Shown here in pieces: positions 44,264 through 59,430 of a stretch of 64,000 nt of DNA. Both the position numbers and the translations under genes were made by a program. The notes under the pieces were generated by a model. The model did not search any database, was not told the DNA's origin, and saw only the letters and a program-made list of their open reading frames with translations. Source of the DNA: Octopus sinensis (lineage: Eukaryota); contig NC_043007.1 in assembly GCF_006345805.1 (NCBI RefSeq), positions 5,890,001 to 5,954,000 on the forward strand, in the 5' to 3' direction. Every line of letters starts with the position of its first letter. Position 1 is the first letter of the stretch.

Positions 44264-45174
44264 AGATCTGGGGACTGTGGTGGCCAGATAATATGTTCAA
44301 CTTCACTAGAACGTTCATTGTGTCATTCAGTAACAACTTTAGCTGTGTGAATCGATGCATTATCTTCCTGATAGTTTGCGTTTCCATCTCGAAACCTCTC
44401 TGAAACCATAGAACGAATTTGATCACATAAAATGCTTAAATAGTCTTGAGTATTAATTCTGCCATAAAGGGAAACCATTAGTTCGGCAGATTTCCAAAAC
44501 ACTTTACAACATTTGTTTTTGAAAGTAGTGGTTTATTGGTTGTAGACCTCGCGTGAAATCCGGCTTTCTGCTGCTCCTGGCGAGCAGTTTTTGTAGAAAC
44601 AGGATCCTCGAGGGGGTCATTAAGCTCGGCAGTAATTTTAAGAGCTGTGCTTTTGTGAGCTTTTCTGACAATTCGCGGAACATTAAGAAAGTCTGAAAGT
44701 TTTGGTTTTCTCCCGGGGTTTTGTTTCGGCGAGGATGTTTTTTCCTCTTTCTCAAAGGCTGTCATTACGTACGAGGCAGTACTTCTTGAGAATCAAACAT
44801 TTCGGCTGCTTTCGTTATGCTAGCGCCTGCCATGTAGGCACCAACAATTTGACCTCTTTGAAAGTCCGATACATCTGTCATTTTAATGAATTTCAATTAC
44901 CTTTTTCTGATGACATCTCAAAAGAAACAGCAATTTTAGCAAAAAATATTAAGCAACACTAATAATAAATACAAAAAAACATAAAATAAAGAAGCCTTTG
45001 ACGGTTTAACAGATATTTCAAAATTATGATGCAATGATGCTAGGTGTTTCCACTATTTTGTCCTACACCTGTATATGTACAAGCCTAGATATGTAACTAA
45101 AAGCATGAGAATACATGGATAAAAGGTACGAATCTACTAATACATACATAGATACATAAATGCATGCATAAAGC

Positions 45175-45175
45175 A

Positions 45176-45207
<32 letters not shown>

Positions 45208-45750
45208 CATACATACATACATACATACATACATACATACATACATCATACATACATACATACATACATACATACATACATACATACATACATACATACA
45301 ATCATACATACATACATACATACATACATACATACATACATACATACAATCATACATACATACATACATACATACATACATACATACATACATACATACA
45401 ATCATACATACATACATACATACATACATACATACATACATACATACATACATACAAACATACATACATACAATCATACATACATACATACATACATACA
45501 TACATACATACATACAATCATACATACATACATACATACAATCATACATACATACATACATACATACATACATACATACATACAAACATACATACATACA
45601 TACATACATACAATCATACATACATACATACATACATACAATCATACATACATACATACATACATACAATCATACATACATACATACATACATACATACA
45701 TACATACATACATACATACATACATACATACATACCTACATACATACACA
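45175..45750. repeat. (TACA)n tract with CAAT variants, about 0.6 kb
   Basis: Directly visible; paralogous to 26361-28800. Confidence 0.95.
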
Positions 45751-45809
45751 TAATACATATAATACAAAAGTATATTTCATAATATATATATATATTATAA
45801 TAATTTGAG

Positions 45810-45858
45810 ACCCAAGAGCTGCAAGAAGGCATAGCACCACATTCAGCCGATATTATAC
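45810..45858 (+). pseudogene. PEBP4-like copy B, exon 3 (open frame, weak GAG acceptor)
   Basis: tttgag|TQELQEGIAPHSADII+C|gtaagt. Confidence 0.8.
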
Positions 45859-45932
45859 GTAAGTACTATTTTCACTACGTTATTTACATTATTTACATTC
45901 GATGGATATTTGCCCTCATTTTGTTTGTTGTT

Positions 45933-45979
45933 AACACAACGTTTCAACTGATATACCCTCAGCCTTCATCAGGTGTCTT
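45933..45979 (-). ncRNA. Putative minimal type I hammerhead ribozyme (Penelope type); decayed paralogues at 1881-1928 and 28989-29038
   Basis: The minus strand reads AAGACAC-CUGAUGA-A-GGCUGA gggtata UCAGUU-GAAAC-GUU-GUGUU. It has core boxes, stem I, stem II and a palindromic ACGU in place of stem III. Confidence 0.45.
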
Positions 45980-46029
45980 GGGGGAATTTCGAACCTGGGT
46001 TCTCATTGCTAAGATATTTTTCGATGTTG

Positions 46030-46126
<97 letters not shown>

Positions 46127-46462
46127 AATTATCATTAGTAGCAGTAGTAGTGCTAGTAGTATTAACATCCGTTTTCGCCGTACTCCGGGCTTCCTCGGAA
46201 GCGGGGTGGTTCGTATCCTGGTTTATGCTGGTAACACTGTTAGTCTTACGGGTGTGCTACATGTGCTGTCCCGTTCGGTGTTAGTGTTGCCGCTGCATTG
46301 ACTTTATGCTATGATTATACATATTTAGGTTGTAAGAATTAAGTTTTCGCTGATTCGATGAAGTAACAACAGATTCTATTTTGGGCGGAGAGGAGGAGGA
46401 TACTTTCAGAGTAGATTTATTGACGATTGAATGCTAAATATTAACTAAACACCAAATATTCT

Positions 46463-46505
<43 letters not shown>

Positions 46506-48119
46506 CACACATATTTTTGTACGTATGTGCATGTGTGTGTAGGAGGAGGAGAAGAAGAGAGTAGAAGAAAAAGAAGGTGGAGGTGGAGGGAGAAGAAGAG
46601 AGGGATAGGAGAAAGGATGAAAAGGGAAAAGAACGAGAAAGCGAGAACGAATACTTGGAAGGGAGAAGACGTGTAATGTGGGGAATAAGGAGAGCGATCC
46701 TACAATCGCCAGGATCAAATTACAACGGACAAGTGAAAAGGAAATGCTGGCGTAGATCCTTAAATATCTGGTGATATAATAACGAAAGATAGCGAACTTG
46801 TGGTTGAGTGGCGCAGGCCCGGTCGTCATCCGGAGACTACTTGTACACAAAGCCAGAAGCAGAGAAGGTGATGGGATGAGGAGGCAAACCGAACGGTGAT
46901 TGAATGCCGAATCAGGCGTGAACCCAGTAGAAGGGGATTCCGACAACGAATGAAAGCGAAAGGGAATGAAATAGGACTCTTCGAAATAAGTGAGCAGGCA
47001 AGTGCAATAGGGGCCAAAGAGTGGTTAACAGACATGGAAATTGAAGAGATGAAAAGGGAATGAGAAAATAGAAATAATACTTCACCAACAGATGACGTGC
47101 CTAGTGAGCAAAGAGAAATGAATGGATGGCGGTAGTGAAGGCGTAGAGCAAAGGGATCACATTCGGGTTTACTTTGCACTATGTTAGTCCGACTGCTTCG
47201 GGTTGTACTGGAGATCATCAGGAAGTGGGGGCTTCCTGAAGGGTTTACTGCCGACACCTAGGATATTGTCCCCTTCGTTCTTTCAGCACTAGGTTTATGC
47301 ATGCATTTTTGCTGCTGTTGTTTAACAGGGGCACTCTGAGGGGAAATGATTAAGTGAGTGAGAGGGAGTGAGAGAGTAAAAGAGGTAGAGAGAGGAAGAG
47401 AGAGAGAGAGAGGTAGAGAGAGGAGGTGAGAGAGAGAGAGGTAGAGAGAGGAGGTGAGAGAGAGAGAGAGAGAGAAACGGTCTACGGCCATTCGAACGCC
47501 ATCTGCACTGATCTCAAGCCTCGACCACGTTTGTCTCTATCACTGTTTCTGTGTAAGTTTCCTGTTGATGTCCTGTTTAATGTCTCTGCAAAGGATTTTC
47601 TTTACAGACCAGTCAACTATCCCCAATGCTGGTGTATCATTACTCATACTGCAGATCTCCTCCCCGGATACTCTTATCCGCCTACTTTATTTTTTCTAAG
47701 TCAGACGTAATATTCTCCAGCCATTTTGTCTTTATCCATAACACCTTTGTTTAGGTTTTCATCAATGCCTAGATTTTTGTAGCATTGATAGAGAGAAACT
47801 GTCGTTGAACAGGTTTTGAGTCTGGGAGACTGAATTTCCACGTTCAAAAATCAAATGTGAACATTCCTTTCGACCAAATTCCATTTCTGTTTCTCAGTGA
47901 AAATGTTAACATCAACTGTTTTTATGACAATGTAAATATTTTAGCATAAACCTTCAGCCCATCTACAAAGAATTATGGGTTGCGTTGGTAAGTCTTGTAG
48001 TTGCAGACCCTCGGATGTGGCCATTCGATTTTTGAAGCAGAAATGATAAGATATGCATATGTTTATATAAATTCAATTTTTGCCACTAATTATGTTTCTT
48101 TTATTTTTCCTTTCAACAG

Positions 48120-48406
48120 CTTTTACACCCCCTTCTCCGGAGGGTGGACTCAATCACTTTCAGTTCTTGCTGTATCCACAAATACCCGATATTATCAAGT
48201 ATAGCTCAATTCGACGATTGGATATGGCTACCTTTGAAAGAGAGAACAACATAAAGCATATAATGAGCTTTCAATACACCATTTCTCTACCAGATTCTCC
48301 AACACCTACTGCAGAGGAAGCATCAACAGCTTCTGATCTGATCAACCAGAGAATTAGTTCTTTATTTATTTTAATTCTAACATATTTTGCCCTGTTACTA
48401 TACTAA
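48120..48406 (+). pseudogene. PEBP4-like copy B, exon 4 (open frame)
   Basis: caacag| followed by [27 protein letters not shown]...[17 protein letters not shown]. Confidence 0.85.
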
Positions 48407-48420
48407 TTAATCTACAGAAA

Positions 48421-48499
<79 letters not shown>

Positions 48500-48604
48500 G
48501 TTGAAGCACACTATAGAGGAGTACATATTAAAAATATTTATGGGATATATATAAATATATATATCTATATATGTATATATATACATATATATATATATAT
48601 ATTA

Positions 48605-48767
<163 letters not shown>

Positions 48768-48785
48768 TATATATATATATATATA

Positions 48786-48841
<56 letters not shown>

Positions 48842-48992
48842 CATATATAGATCCTGCAATGCCCCATAAAGTTAAGCCCTTTATAGACGGGAAACCTAAG
48901 GTAGTCCCATAAACCGGCCTTCCCCATTTTTAATATGTACTCCTCTAAATGTTGGAGTGTGCTTCAACTTTCGGATTAATAGTTTTAACAAA

Positions 48993-49035
<43 letters not shown>

Positions 49036-50059
49036 CAATAAAACAACAAATAAACAATAAAGTGTTATATCTTCTTTTCAATGTTCCCATTTTCATTTCG
49101 TGTTTTCTTTTCACCCGAACAAGTAAAGTGTGTGTAGGCAATGTGTTCTGTTGTTATATATTCTTATATTGCACTCTCTCCTAGTCCTTCTTTCTCTATA
49201 CTGAGTCCTGCGCTCCTTTATTTATTTCTCTGCATTTTTCTTCCTTCATTCATTTTCATTCAGAAATCCTGTTATTCCAGAGATAATTTATTAACTGTCA
49301 GAACTACGATGGGGTCTGATGTCAGAACTGTAACGCGGGGTGTTGGCAGAATCGTTAGCAGCCCCCGGATAAAAATCATTTAGCAGCATGTTCTGTTGTA
49401 CTTTCTGAGTTCAAACACCACCGAGGCCGAGTTTTCCTTTAATCCTTTCAGTGGGGAGGAAGAGTAACTTCTAGTTGAGCACTGGAACTGATGTGATCGA
49501 CTACATCGCTTCCCCATAATTTCGGGTCTTCTGCCTTATAGTAAAATGCATTATTATTATTGCATGCTGGCAGAATCGTGAGCGACACGAACAAAATGAA
49601 TGACGGCATTTCGTCCGTCTGTTCCTTCTGGGTGTCCACAGAGGTTGACTTTGCCTTTCATCTTCTTAGTGTATTATATATGTGTGTTTCTCTATATGTC
49701 TTTATGTAGATATGTATGTAAGCACTTATATATATAAAAATACACATGCACACACTTTCACGTAAGCAAATTTGAAACATTGATGCGTCATAATCAAACA
49801 TAAATACAACCGCGCGCACACTTAGACGCATGCTCACTTGTAGAAGCACACGTATAAAGAACGGATGTGTTAGAAACAAGGAGAGAAAGATCACGTCAAA
49901 CAGAAGTCTAGTGTTGACAATTTTGAAGATAAATCAAAGTATATTTATTAAAATAAATACGGAAATATTTGCATCTAAATTGCAAATAATCTTTTCGTCA
50001 ATATCTCCAAAGACAACGATTATAACATCTTCAGTGCTGTAACTCAACTGACAGAAATA

Positions 50060-50254
50060 ATGTTCTTCTGGAATGTTTTCATAGGAAAGATCCTACTGCT
50101 TTCTTGCATGGTCTTTCACAGTTTGGCATACAATGCGAGTGAGGACTTATGCGCCGGGACACAGCTGATTCTTCTTCCTAAGAATATATACAAAAAATGT
50201 GACGTCGACCTTAGTGTAGCTGATGTAAAGAAACCGCCAAGAGTGAAAGTTCCG
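50060..50254 (+). CDS. PEBP4-like gene copy C, exon 1
   Basis: MFFWNVFIGKILLLSCMVFHSLA-YNASEDLCAGTQLILLPKNIYKKCDVDLSVADVKKPPRVKVP|gtaggt; frame intact. Confidence 0.88.
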
Positions 50255-52496
50255 GTAGGTTATCTATGAATAATACTGACATTTTGTCTGATTTAGACCT
50301 TCAGTTTGTGAAAAGACGATGAGTTGATACCATCGTCCCCTTGTTTGATTGCTTCTTCATTTTATCGATCTGGAAAGGCTGAAACGCAAAGTTGACCTTG
50401 TGTGGGGGATTTGAATGTAAATAGTTGGAAAGCATGTTTCTCGATGCTTTAACAATTCTGCTAGTTCCCCGCCAGCAGTTTTAAGATGAGGTGATAAGTA
50501 GGTGCCACAAATTCCACTACTTGACAGTTGCTTTCATACATTTCGACACCCAAGGGAATGAAAGGCTAAGTTAACCCTGGCGGGGTTCCTACTCAAAATC
50601 TGGAGAGCCGAAAAAGATTGCACGAAACATATTTTTACCGATGCTCTAAAAATTCTGTCAATGTATAAAAATTTCTGCCATTGGTGACAAGGCCCCAAAA
50701 TGTTGACAATGAAAATATAATTAACAAAAACAGTAGGAGATTTATTTCGGGTAAAAAGAGGAGAAATCTACAAAAATGACAAGTGCAAAATGTCAACACG
50801 ATGAGGTGGCAAGTAAGAAGTAATTCCTCTTGATTAACTCGGAGTATTTTCCACGAAACTCTGGGTGACGCTGGCGCATCAAATGTTAAGTGCGCTCTCC
50901 TAGGTTGTTGTCTTTTGTTTAGAGTCGCCAAGTCAAAATGGGTTCATTTCGCCTCATCAGACTCGCTGTGTTTATATTTTGTAAAGACAATGGAGGAGAG
51001 TGATTTCCTCCTCCCTTCAACTGTCTACTTTAAGAATTTGATGTGGGCATTGTTCGAGAACATCCTTAACCAAATCCTTTTAACCGCGTCCAACACAACT
51101 TTCTTTACCATAGCCACTTAGTAGAAGTAGGTTAGTCGCCTTTTCTTGTCAATAGAAAGCAGTGGGCCGATCTTACCTTATAGACTGGGATGACGGCCGA
51201 ATCTGTTTTACATGTGATGGCATACATTTGATAGAAACTCACAAATCAGGAAAAACAGGAATACAGAATGAATAAGTGCTTGATGTTTCTAGGACACGCC
51301 CGACATTGCCAAGACTCCAGAATCGGTAGAGCTTGTCCGGAGCAGACGGTGCTTCTTAACCCCTGTTGTACCGAAAGAGACCAAGGTTCATTTGGTCGCT
51401 TTGAGCAGCAGAGTAAAATCGAAAGTGCATACACTACAATCTGGTCTCGTATTTCCTGAAATATGACCCTGTAGTCAGGTGGTTCTGCATAACCGCGTGA
51501 TGCAGACATTAACTATTTCCGCAAGTGTAGTGTTTTCACTTCCTGCTCTGGGTCACCAGCTGTATTTCGTCAAACTCTTCTACACTGAAACACCTTCAGG
51601 TGCAACCAGCACCTGGAATTCAGTTGTCATCATCGTACGATTTTGTTGAGAAATGGTCTTCAGTTCTACTTCAGTCATAGAATTAAGCACGACCTTGAAG
51701 GTGTTACGCTGGTCACTAACCTTCATTATTTGTCGTCTTTAATTAAGCGACATCATTGCAAAATGCCGAGACATTTCATGTGGTTATGCTCACTGCTCTA
51801 GGTTGCTTCTTTCTGTAAATGAAAAGCCACTGTCCAATGGTGTCTTCCTCTCGTCCAGGATAGCACGGCTGATCATAATTCTTAAAAACGTTTGTTGATT
51901 TGAACTGGAGTGGGATACTGCAACTTCTCATCTTCTTAAGACAGACGAAATACCACCAGGCATTTCGCCCGGTGTGCTGACGTTTCTGCAAACTGGCCGT
52001 GCTAAGCCGTTAAGATATTGTTAGTTATCACAATCACCGTTTGATGTCTTTGGTTAAGACATTTAGCTTTTATGAAATGATTCAATACGTGTAGCAAACG
52101 AATAGGTGTTTCAGGGTAAAAACAAATCTCTGCTTTAACACTGGTGACACTGTAACATTGGCGAACGCTTTCATAGTTCACAATGATAAATTCAGTTCTT
52201 TCGGTGGGTGCAAGAAGGGCGGGCGCAAAAGAGTGACTTACTCTGATGTTGCACGGCGACCGGCGTTTCACGGGTGTTCCTAAAAACTATTATGGGTTTT
52301 AAGACCTCAACATAATCGTAACAAGTACACATAAGTATATCAAGTGACGGGTACATTTCCATGCTGGCATGGGTTATTTATTTCCCCACCTTTCTCTCTC
52401 TCTCTCCCCCACTCTCACCATCTCTCTCTCTCCATATATATATTTTAATATATACATGTGTTGGTGAAAGTGTCAGTATATGTATATATGTATGTG

Positions 52497-52558
<62 letters not shown>

Positions 52559-52566
52559 TTTATATA

Positions 52567-52622
<56 letters not shown>

Positions 52623-53198
52623 TTTATATAATTATGTAAATATATATATTAGATAGTTTAAGGCGCAATGGCCCAGTGGTTAGGGCAGCGGACTCGCGGT
52701 CGGAAGATCGCGGTTTCGATTCCCAGACCGGGCGTTCTGAGTGTTTATGAGCGAAAACACCTAAAGCTCCACGAGGTTCCGGCAGGGTGTGGTGGCGAAC
52801 CCTTCTGTACTCTTTCGCCACAACTTTCTCGCACTCTTTCTTCTGTTGGCCTGCTCGATTAGCCAGCGGTGTGGCGTCATTTGAAGGCTAAGATAATGCG
52901 AAGCACATTTTAACCAGCGATGTGTAAGAACTTCTGATAGCCTGGTCGGTGACGGTGATCACGGTGATATTAGACAGAGTGTATATACATACATTTATTT
53001 ATGTATGTATATAAACGATCATGCGTATATCTATACATATGTATATCGAGATTATGAGAGGTATTGGTGTCCAGAAGACCCAAAGAGTGTCGGGTAAGGC
53101 TAAGTAAGTTCTATGGCTAGAGCGTGGTTAAACTCTTGGTTCGATAATAATACGAGTGAGGAGTCTAACGTGGGTATTATATTAGCATGCATATATAA

Positions 53199-53242
<44 letters not shown>

Positions 53243-56200
53243 ATATTAGACAGAATGAGATAACAAATTCAAGGCTGTAAGGAGTTTTCAGGACATTTAT
53301 AATGAAAAAGTCTTACAGCTGTTTCTGGGATATTATGGATATCCCTTCATCAGAAAAAGTTCGAATTACTGTGGAAAAGATAGAGAATATAAAAGGAAAT
53401 GAGAGAATGAAAGTAGAAATAAGATATATATAAGGATATTGTAGTTGCAGTTGTTGCTTGTTTGTTTGTTTGTTGAGCACAGCGGTCTTCGTCCCTTTAG
53501 TGGAAGAAGTTCGAAACGTGGTGCTTTGCTATTCGTACGACCCGCAGAAGGGAATGCAGGTCAAACCCCGACACCGAGAGCATCGACGGATGGATGAATG
53601 CGCATCCAGGCTCAGCGGTTGCATAGGAAGTCGGGGACAAGAAACAGGAAGAAAGAATGAAAGTTGGGGCGAAAGAGTACAACAGGGGTCGACACCACCC
53701 CCAGCCGGAACTTCAAGGAGCTTTAGGTGTTTTCGCTCAATAAACACACACAACGCCCGGTCTGGGAATCGAAACCGTGATCCTCTGACCGCGAGTCCGC
53801 TGCCCTAACCATTGGGCCATTGCGATTCCACTTGTAGTTGCAGTTCCATTATCCGAGGAAAATGGTGTGTAGAGGTGGTAAAAAAGTTTCCTGTATATGA
53901 TGTGTAAGTTCCAGTAGCAGTTCATGTTTAGTCATTTCAAAGCATGGAACCGTGGAATCAGTGTTGCTCGGTCGAAAGGGTTTTGTGGTGAGAATGAAAA
54001 TATAAGAATGTGTTGGAAGTATTTATGGATAGATGGCGGGAAGAGAGATGTATATGATTGGAAAGAGGAGATGGGTGAAATCTAAAACAGGAAGAGAAAA
54101 TGAGAGGAAGAGAGAAAAAATTATAAAGGGAGGGAGACAAAAGATTAAAGAAAGCGAGAAGGAAGTGAGAGAGGGAGTGTTAGTGGTCAAGATAATGTGA
54201 TGGGAGCATGGAAGAGGTGTGAGGAGGGAGAGGAAGAGATGAGAAGGTAAAGAGTAAAGGAATGTGAGATACATGAGTAGGGGTGATATGGCAGAGCTGC
54301 ATGAAGGGATGGGTAGAGAAAGGGTGAGGATGGGGTGATACCGAAATGGGTAGCAGTTATGGTAGCAAAATCTGATGTGGAGGCAAGAATACAAGGATGT
54401 CAAATTACTATAAACCAGTGCTTTTCAAACTTTTTGCTGGAACGGAACCCCAAGGAATCATTCCACTGGGTCGAGGAACCCCTGTGCAATAATTTAATAC
54501 TCTTATGCACACATATCTGCACAGGAGAATTAAAAATTACTGCCGATTTTAGCAGTTTTGTAACTTCTTGCGGAATCCCTGGACTGTACTGGCGGAACCC
54601 TAAGGATTCGCGGAACCCTGGTTGAAAACCACTGCTATAAACAGACGTGTGTGATAGGTTCGTGATAGGTAGGGTTTGGGAGGAAAGAATTTATATTTGT
54701 GAATATACACATACACATGTATATAGACTATTACATACACCTATACATACACGCGCATATATACAGATGCAAGCTCACGCGCATCCATAACTGTATTCGT
54801 ACTCGCATATGCGTGTGCATACACGTATATATACATGCACACGCGCATAAATGCGTGCAATTGCACACATATTTACAGTCACACGCATGAGCGCAAACAG
54901 GTACATATACACACTCATTCATGTATATTTGTATATATAAATGCACGCACAAATCCATACATGCGCATACACGAACCCATATACGTGTACACAGACACAC
55001 ACACACAGTCAGGAAAGTGAACAATGTATGAATCATGACATACATGTGCGCATGCGTATGCAGGAGAAATCAGGTGTTGTGTTGCTACCTTCAGGCAGCA
55101 TAGAGGTATTAAAGAATGCAATGTCTCTGCAACTAACAACTCATGCAGGTAGTTTGTTCCATGTTTCAGCAAATCTGAGTGTGAAAAAATGTTTCCGAAA
55201 GTAATGGGAGTTATGCCCTTTTCTGACTTTGTAGGTATGCCCACGTGTGTTTGACACATGGAGCTCAAAAACCTGCTCATTGTGATTCCTGGCACGATGG
55301 TTGATAATTTTGTGGGTGTTTACCAAGTCAGTTGCCAGACGTCGGAGCTTCGAGGTATCTAGGCCCAAGGAAGCAAGGCGTTCAGAATATGGCAGATGCG
55401 TGATGGAGGGTATTCGCTTGGTTGTACGCCTCTGAACAATTCCAGGAGGTCAACGTCCTTAGCATGACAGTTGTTCCAGACTGGTAATGCAACTTCCGAG
55501 TGTGGCCACCCTATATCCATATATAGCTGGGGAGCGGCTGACAAATGTCTTGCTGAGTGATGCCAAGACACCGTCGGTCTTCTTGACAATTTTAGAGATG
55601 TGCTTTGTCCATCGCAATTCGCTACCGACAGTAATGCCTAGTTCACGCTCACATAAATACTTGATATTAGTGTTGTGGAGAGAGTCTGTGCCGCTGGTCT
55701 TTTCCTCCCAAATTGTTAGTGCGGTACACTTGCCCACAGCCAGCTTCAGCTGCCAGTCCGTGGTCCATGGTTGCATTGTGTTCAGGTCCGATTGCATGAA
55801 AGATCTATAGTGTTCAAGATCTGTCCTTTTTATCTCAAGGTACAGCTTGATTTCATCTGCATATTTCAGCACTGCGGCATTCTTTATGTTGGCATCTATG
55901 TCATTAATGTATGCAAATATCAAAAAGGCACCAAGAACAGATTCCTTTGGTCTGCCAAATACCTCAGGGTGAAGAATGCTGTACTAGAAGCGGGACTACC
56001 ACTTTTCGGCTGAGATTGAAGGACTCCAGCCTGTTAAAAAGATCATCGTTCACACCCGGATAAGGTTGTGAGAAATGCAGAAGTGCCAGAGTGTTACAGG
56101 ATTCCATCTGTCTGGCAATGCAGCTAGCAAGACTGATTGGACGATAGTTGACGAGTGACATACGGTCTCCCATTTTGAATAGAGGAATAACACTGGCAGT

Positions 56201-59141
56201 TTTCCACTGCTCCGGAGTAGCACCTTTGTTAAGATAGAAATGAAAGGAGAATGAAATCTGGTGAAGAAGAAAGTAACCACTACGTTAGAGAAGCAGGTAT
56301 ATAACACCATCAAGCCCAGGAGGGACATAAGTTGCACTTATTCCGAAGGAGACGTCGCAGCAATGCAGGTGTAAATTCCATAGTTGTTGTGGATTTTGTG
56401 CCAGACGTGGTGGAAATGGTAAGTTTTGGTTTTCAACCGTACAAATGCCTTCATAGCATTCAGCAATGAGTTTTGTGCATTCTTTGGGATCGTTAGTAGT
56501 CTGGCTTGTTTGTGCATTGTGAAGAGGACCAACAATTGAGTGAGGTCTCTGTTTTGAACGTACATATTTCCAGAACACCTTACTGTCAAGGTTGCCTGCT
56601 CCGCGCTGCTCAAATTCAAGCACTGCCTTTTTGTCACCTGCTTGAGATGATTGGATTATTTATTGCGCTTTTACCTATTTATATCTGATTTATGCAGTTT
56701 GTATTCCCCTTCAGCATTACGTCATTCTTTCCTGGCAAGTCTGACTGCTGAAGTCTTCCAAGTTGCACTTTTGGGATGTTTTTTGTGCTTACATGATACT
56801 GATGCTGCACATGCTGTCCATATTGAGTTCAAGATGTTCTGAAGTATAGTGCTCACATCTCCAGAGTCGTAAAATTCCAGCCATTTTGGCCTCTGTAGCT
56901 CGATGCATTAAGAGTTCCTGTCTACTTTATTCCAGTCGACGCGAGCATTTTGGAGATGGCTGTGGTTTTTGTTACTGCCCATCAGGGACAGATTGGCAAT
57001 GATCATAGCATGATCAGAGTCACCTAACGGTTCCTCAGTAGTAATACTAATAGCCATTTCAGGAGTAGCGATAAGGAGTAGACACAAAGTATTGTTACCT
57101 CCAGTTGGGGAGTTGACTAATTAGACCCAGTTCGAGTACAGCACTAGCTCAATGAAATCTTTTTCATTTCGCAGCTAATGAAAGATATCCCAATCAATCT
57201 CAGGGTAATTTAAGTCACCTGCAATAAAACGTAAGTGGCTGTTTTCCTGGCGGCAGTTCTCATAATATTAAAAAGTTGTGTGTCCCGATGGTAACTTGGT
57301 GGAGAGGTAAACAACTCCAAGTAGAAGTGCTGACGTGGTCAAACGTAAAAATACTTCTCGTGATTGGTTCAAATCAATGCAAGGAATTACTGAAAAGTTT
57401 GAACGAGCATAGACCATCACATCGGCACCACAACGATGAATGCGGTCTTTGCGAAATAGGTTGTAGCCAGCAATGCTGAACCCCGCTTCACACAGTTAGG
57501 CATGCGTCCATATTTCTTTGATTGTAATGAAATCGGGGTCGATACCTTTGGCGTAAGACTCAAAAAGATGTACTTTGTTGCACAAATTATGAGCATTTAA
57601 GGACAACAGTTTGTACCTTAATTTCAGTTTACTACGATGTGAAGGGAATGGCGGGTCGTTCCGATTTTTTCCCGACAGTCTTTTCATTGCCAACAGTGGT
57701 CACAGTGTGTTCACACCATCTCGTATCTCTTCCCTATGTTTCACCGGCCTTAATATACAACCCATGGTCGTGTACGCTGAAGTTTTCATGTTGTGCTAAG
57801 TTGATATTTAAGGAAGCCACATCACGTAGCTTTGGATGTACATCAGGTGGTAGGCTATAGCGTATTCTAAAGGTAATCCTATTTTCACGCCTAAATTTAT
57901 CAGAAGCTAAAAGGTATGAAAATGCCTCAGAAGAGTTTGAAAAAGACAGCCCGATTAGTCTGAGTTTTGGACATGATCGACCAAAGCGGAGAGCACCCTT
58001 CGGGGAACACAGCCTAGGTTTTTGAATGAGCTGGTAGCAACTGCCAGAAGGTTAGCTATATCATCTCGTACCCCAATGACAATTACTTCATTGCTGACCG
58101 ACACGCCAGAATGGATATCTTCTTCAACCTAACAGAAAGGATATGTAGCATTAGTTTCTTATGCAAGTACCAGGGACACACGCCTATCTGAATTAAATGA
58201 TACACTCATCACTAGAAACTACCCACCTTCACTAATTGACATATGCTTTCAACGTGCCCTTCAACTCAACATCCAGGAACTCAGACATCCCAAATTTAAG
58301 AAGGATTTACAACCAAAAGCCCTACCATACATCTTCTCACACACAACTCTCTTAACAATGAAGCCTTCAACACCATCTTTCAAAACCCCACCTTGCTAAA
58401 AAGGGACCACAAAATGAACTTAATCCTCCAAACACAGCATCATAAAAAGCAAGAGACAGCCCAAACGTATGAAATGTCTCCTAACACAAGCCCGAAAACA
58501 CTCAACAACACTGAAGCCGTCAGTAAAAAAATGCCGACAATCTAACTGTAGGATATGCGTCAATTTAATTGAGGGATCAGAGTTCTCCTTCAAACAGGGA
58601 CGTTTCATAGTGAACATAGAAGAGTAGTGTTTTGCCAGCGTGCCTTCCCATCGAAGACGACGTATGAGTATTCAGGTTCTGGCGAGCGACCGGAACAAAT
58701 GATTTGTTTATAGAGATAAGAAATTTCTGTGCCATGCATTTACTCAAATCGATGTTGTCTGAATAGGGTCACAGTGTGCCACGTGGCAGGTGTCGAAGTG
58801 ATCGCAGTGTAACGTGAGGTGAAATATTCTCCTCAAGAACAAAACGCTCCACTACATCTAGCACGTGAAATCAGGATTGGTAAATCTTCTGAGCAACATC
58901 TTAACCATACATACACACTCAATAACACTATAAAATGGTCGAAATCTTTCCACAAGAACTTAGTTCAATTTGAAAACCCCACCAAAATGGACGAAAGCGC
59001 TAATATGTATGATATATGATATAAGTTATATGATGTATAAATCATATAATATACAAATAAATATCTGTAAATACAAAACCATCCGAATTTCTGGGTACCT
59101 CGTTTCTTCTAAAATACCTGTACATCATCTCCAAACCTTCT

Positions 59142-59172
<31 letters not shown>

Positions 59173-59322
59173 TTAAAACATTACGTTATATAATTATTTA
59201 TGATATATATATATATATATATATGCGCATGCCAAATTCCTAATATGTTCACGTGTGTGTATGTATGATTTAATATAATAAATTCCTCCTAATGTAAAAA
59301 AAAAACTTTTGTGTTTTATTAG

Positions 59323-59430
59323 CTAAATGCAAGTCTGAACGAAACATTATATATACTGGGCATGTTTCATCAAGAGGCATATAAGGAAGCTAATATAGTT
59401 TACACGCATTGGATGAGGACATTTATCGGG
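59323..59430 (+). CDS. PEBP4-like gene copy C, exon 2 (exons 3-4 lie beyond the window)
   Basis: ttattag|LNASLNETLYILGMFHQEAYKEANIVYTHWMRTFIG|gtaagt. Confidence 0.88.
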
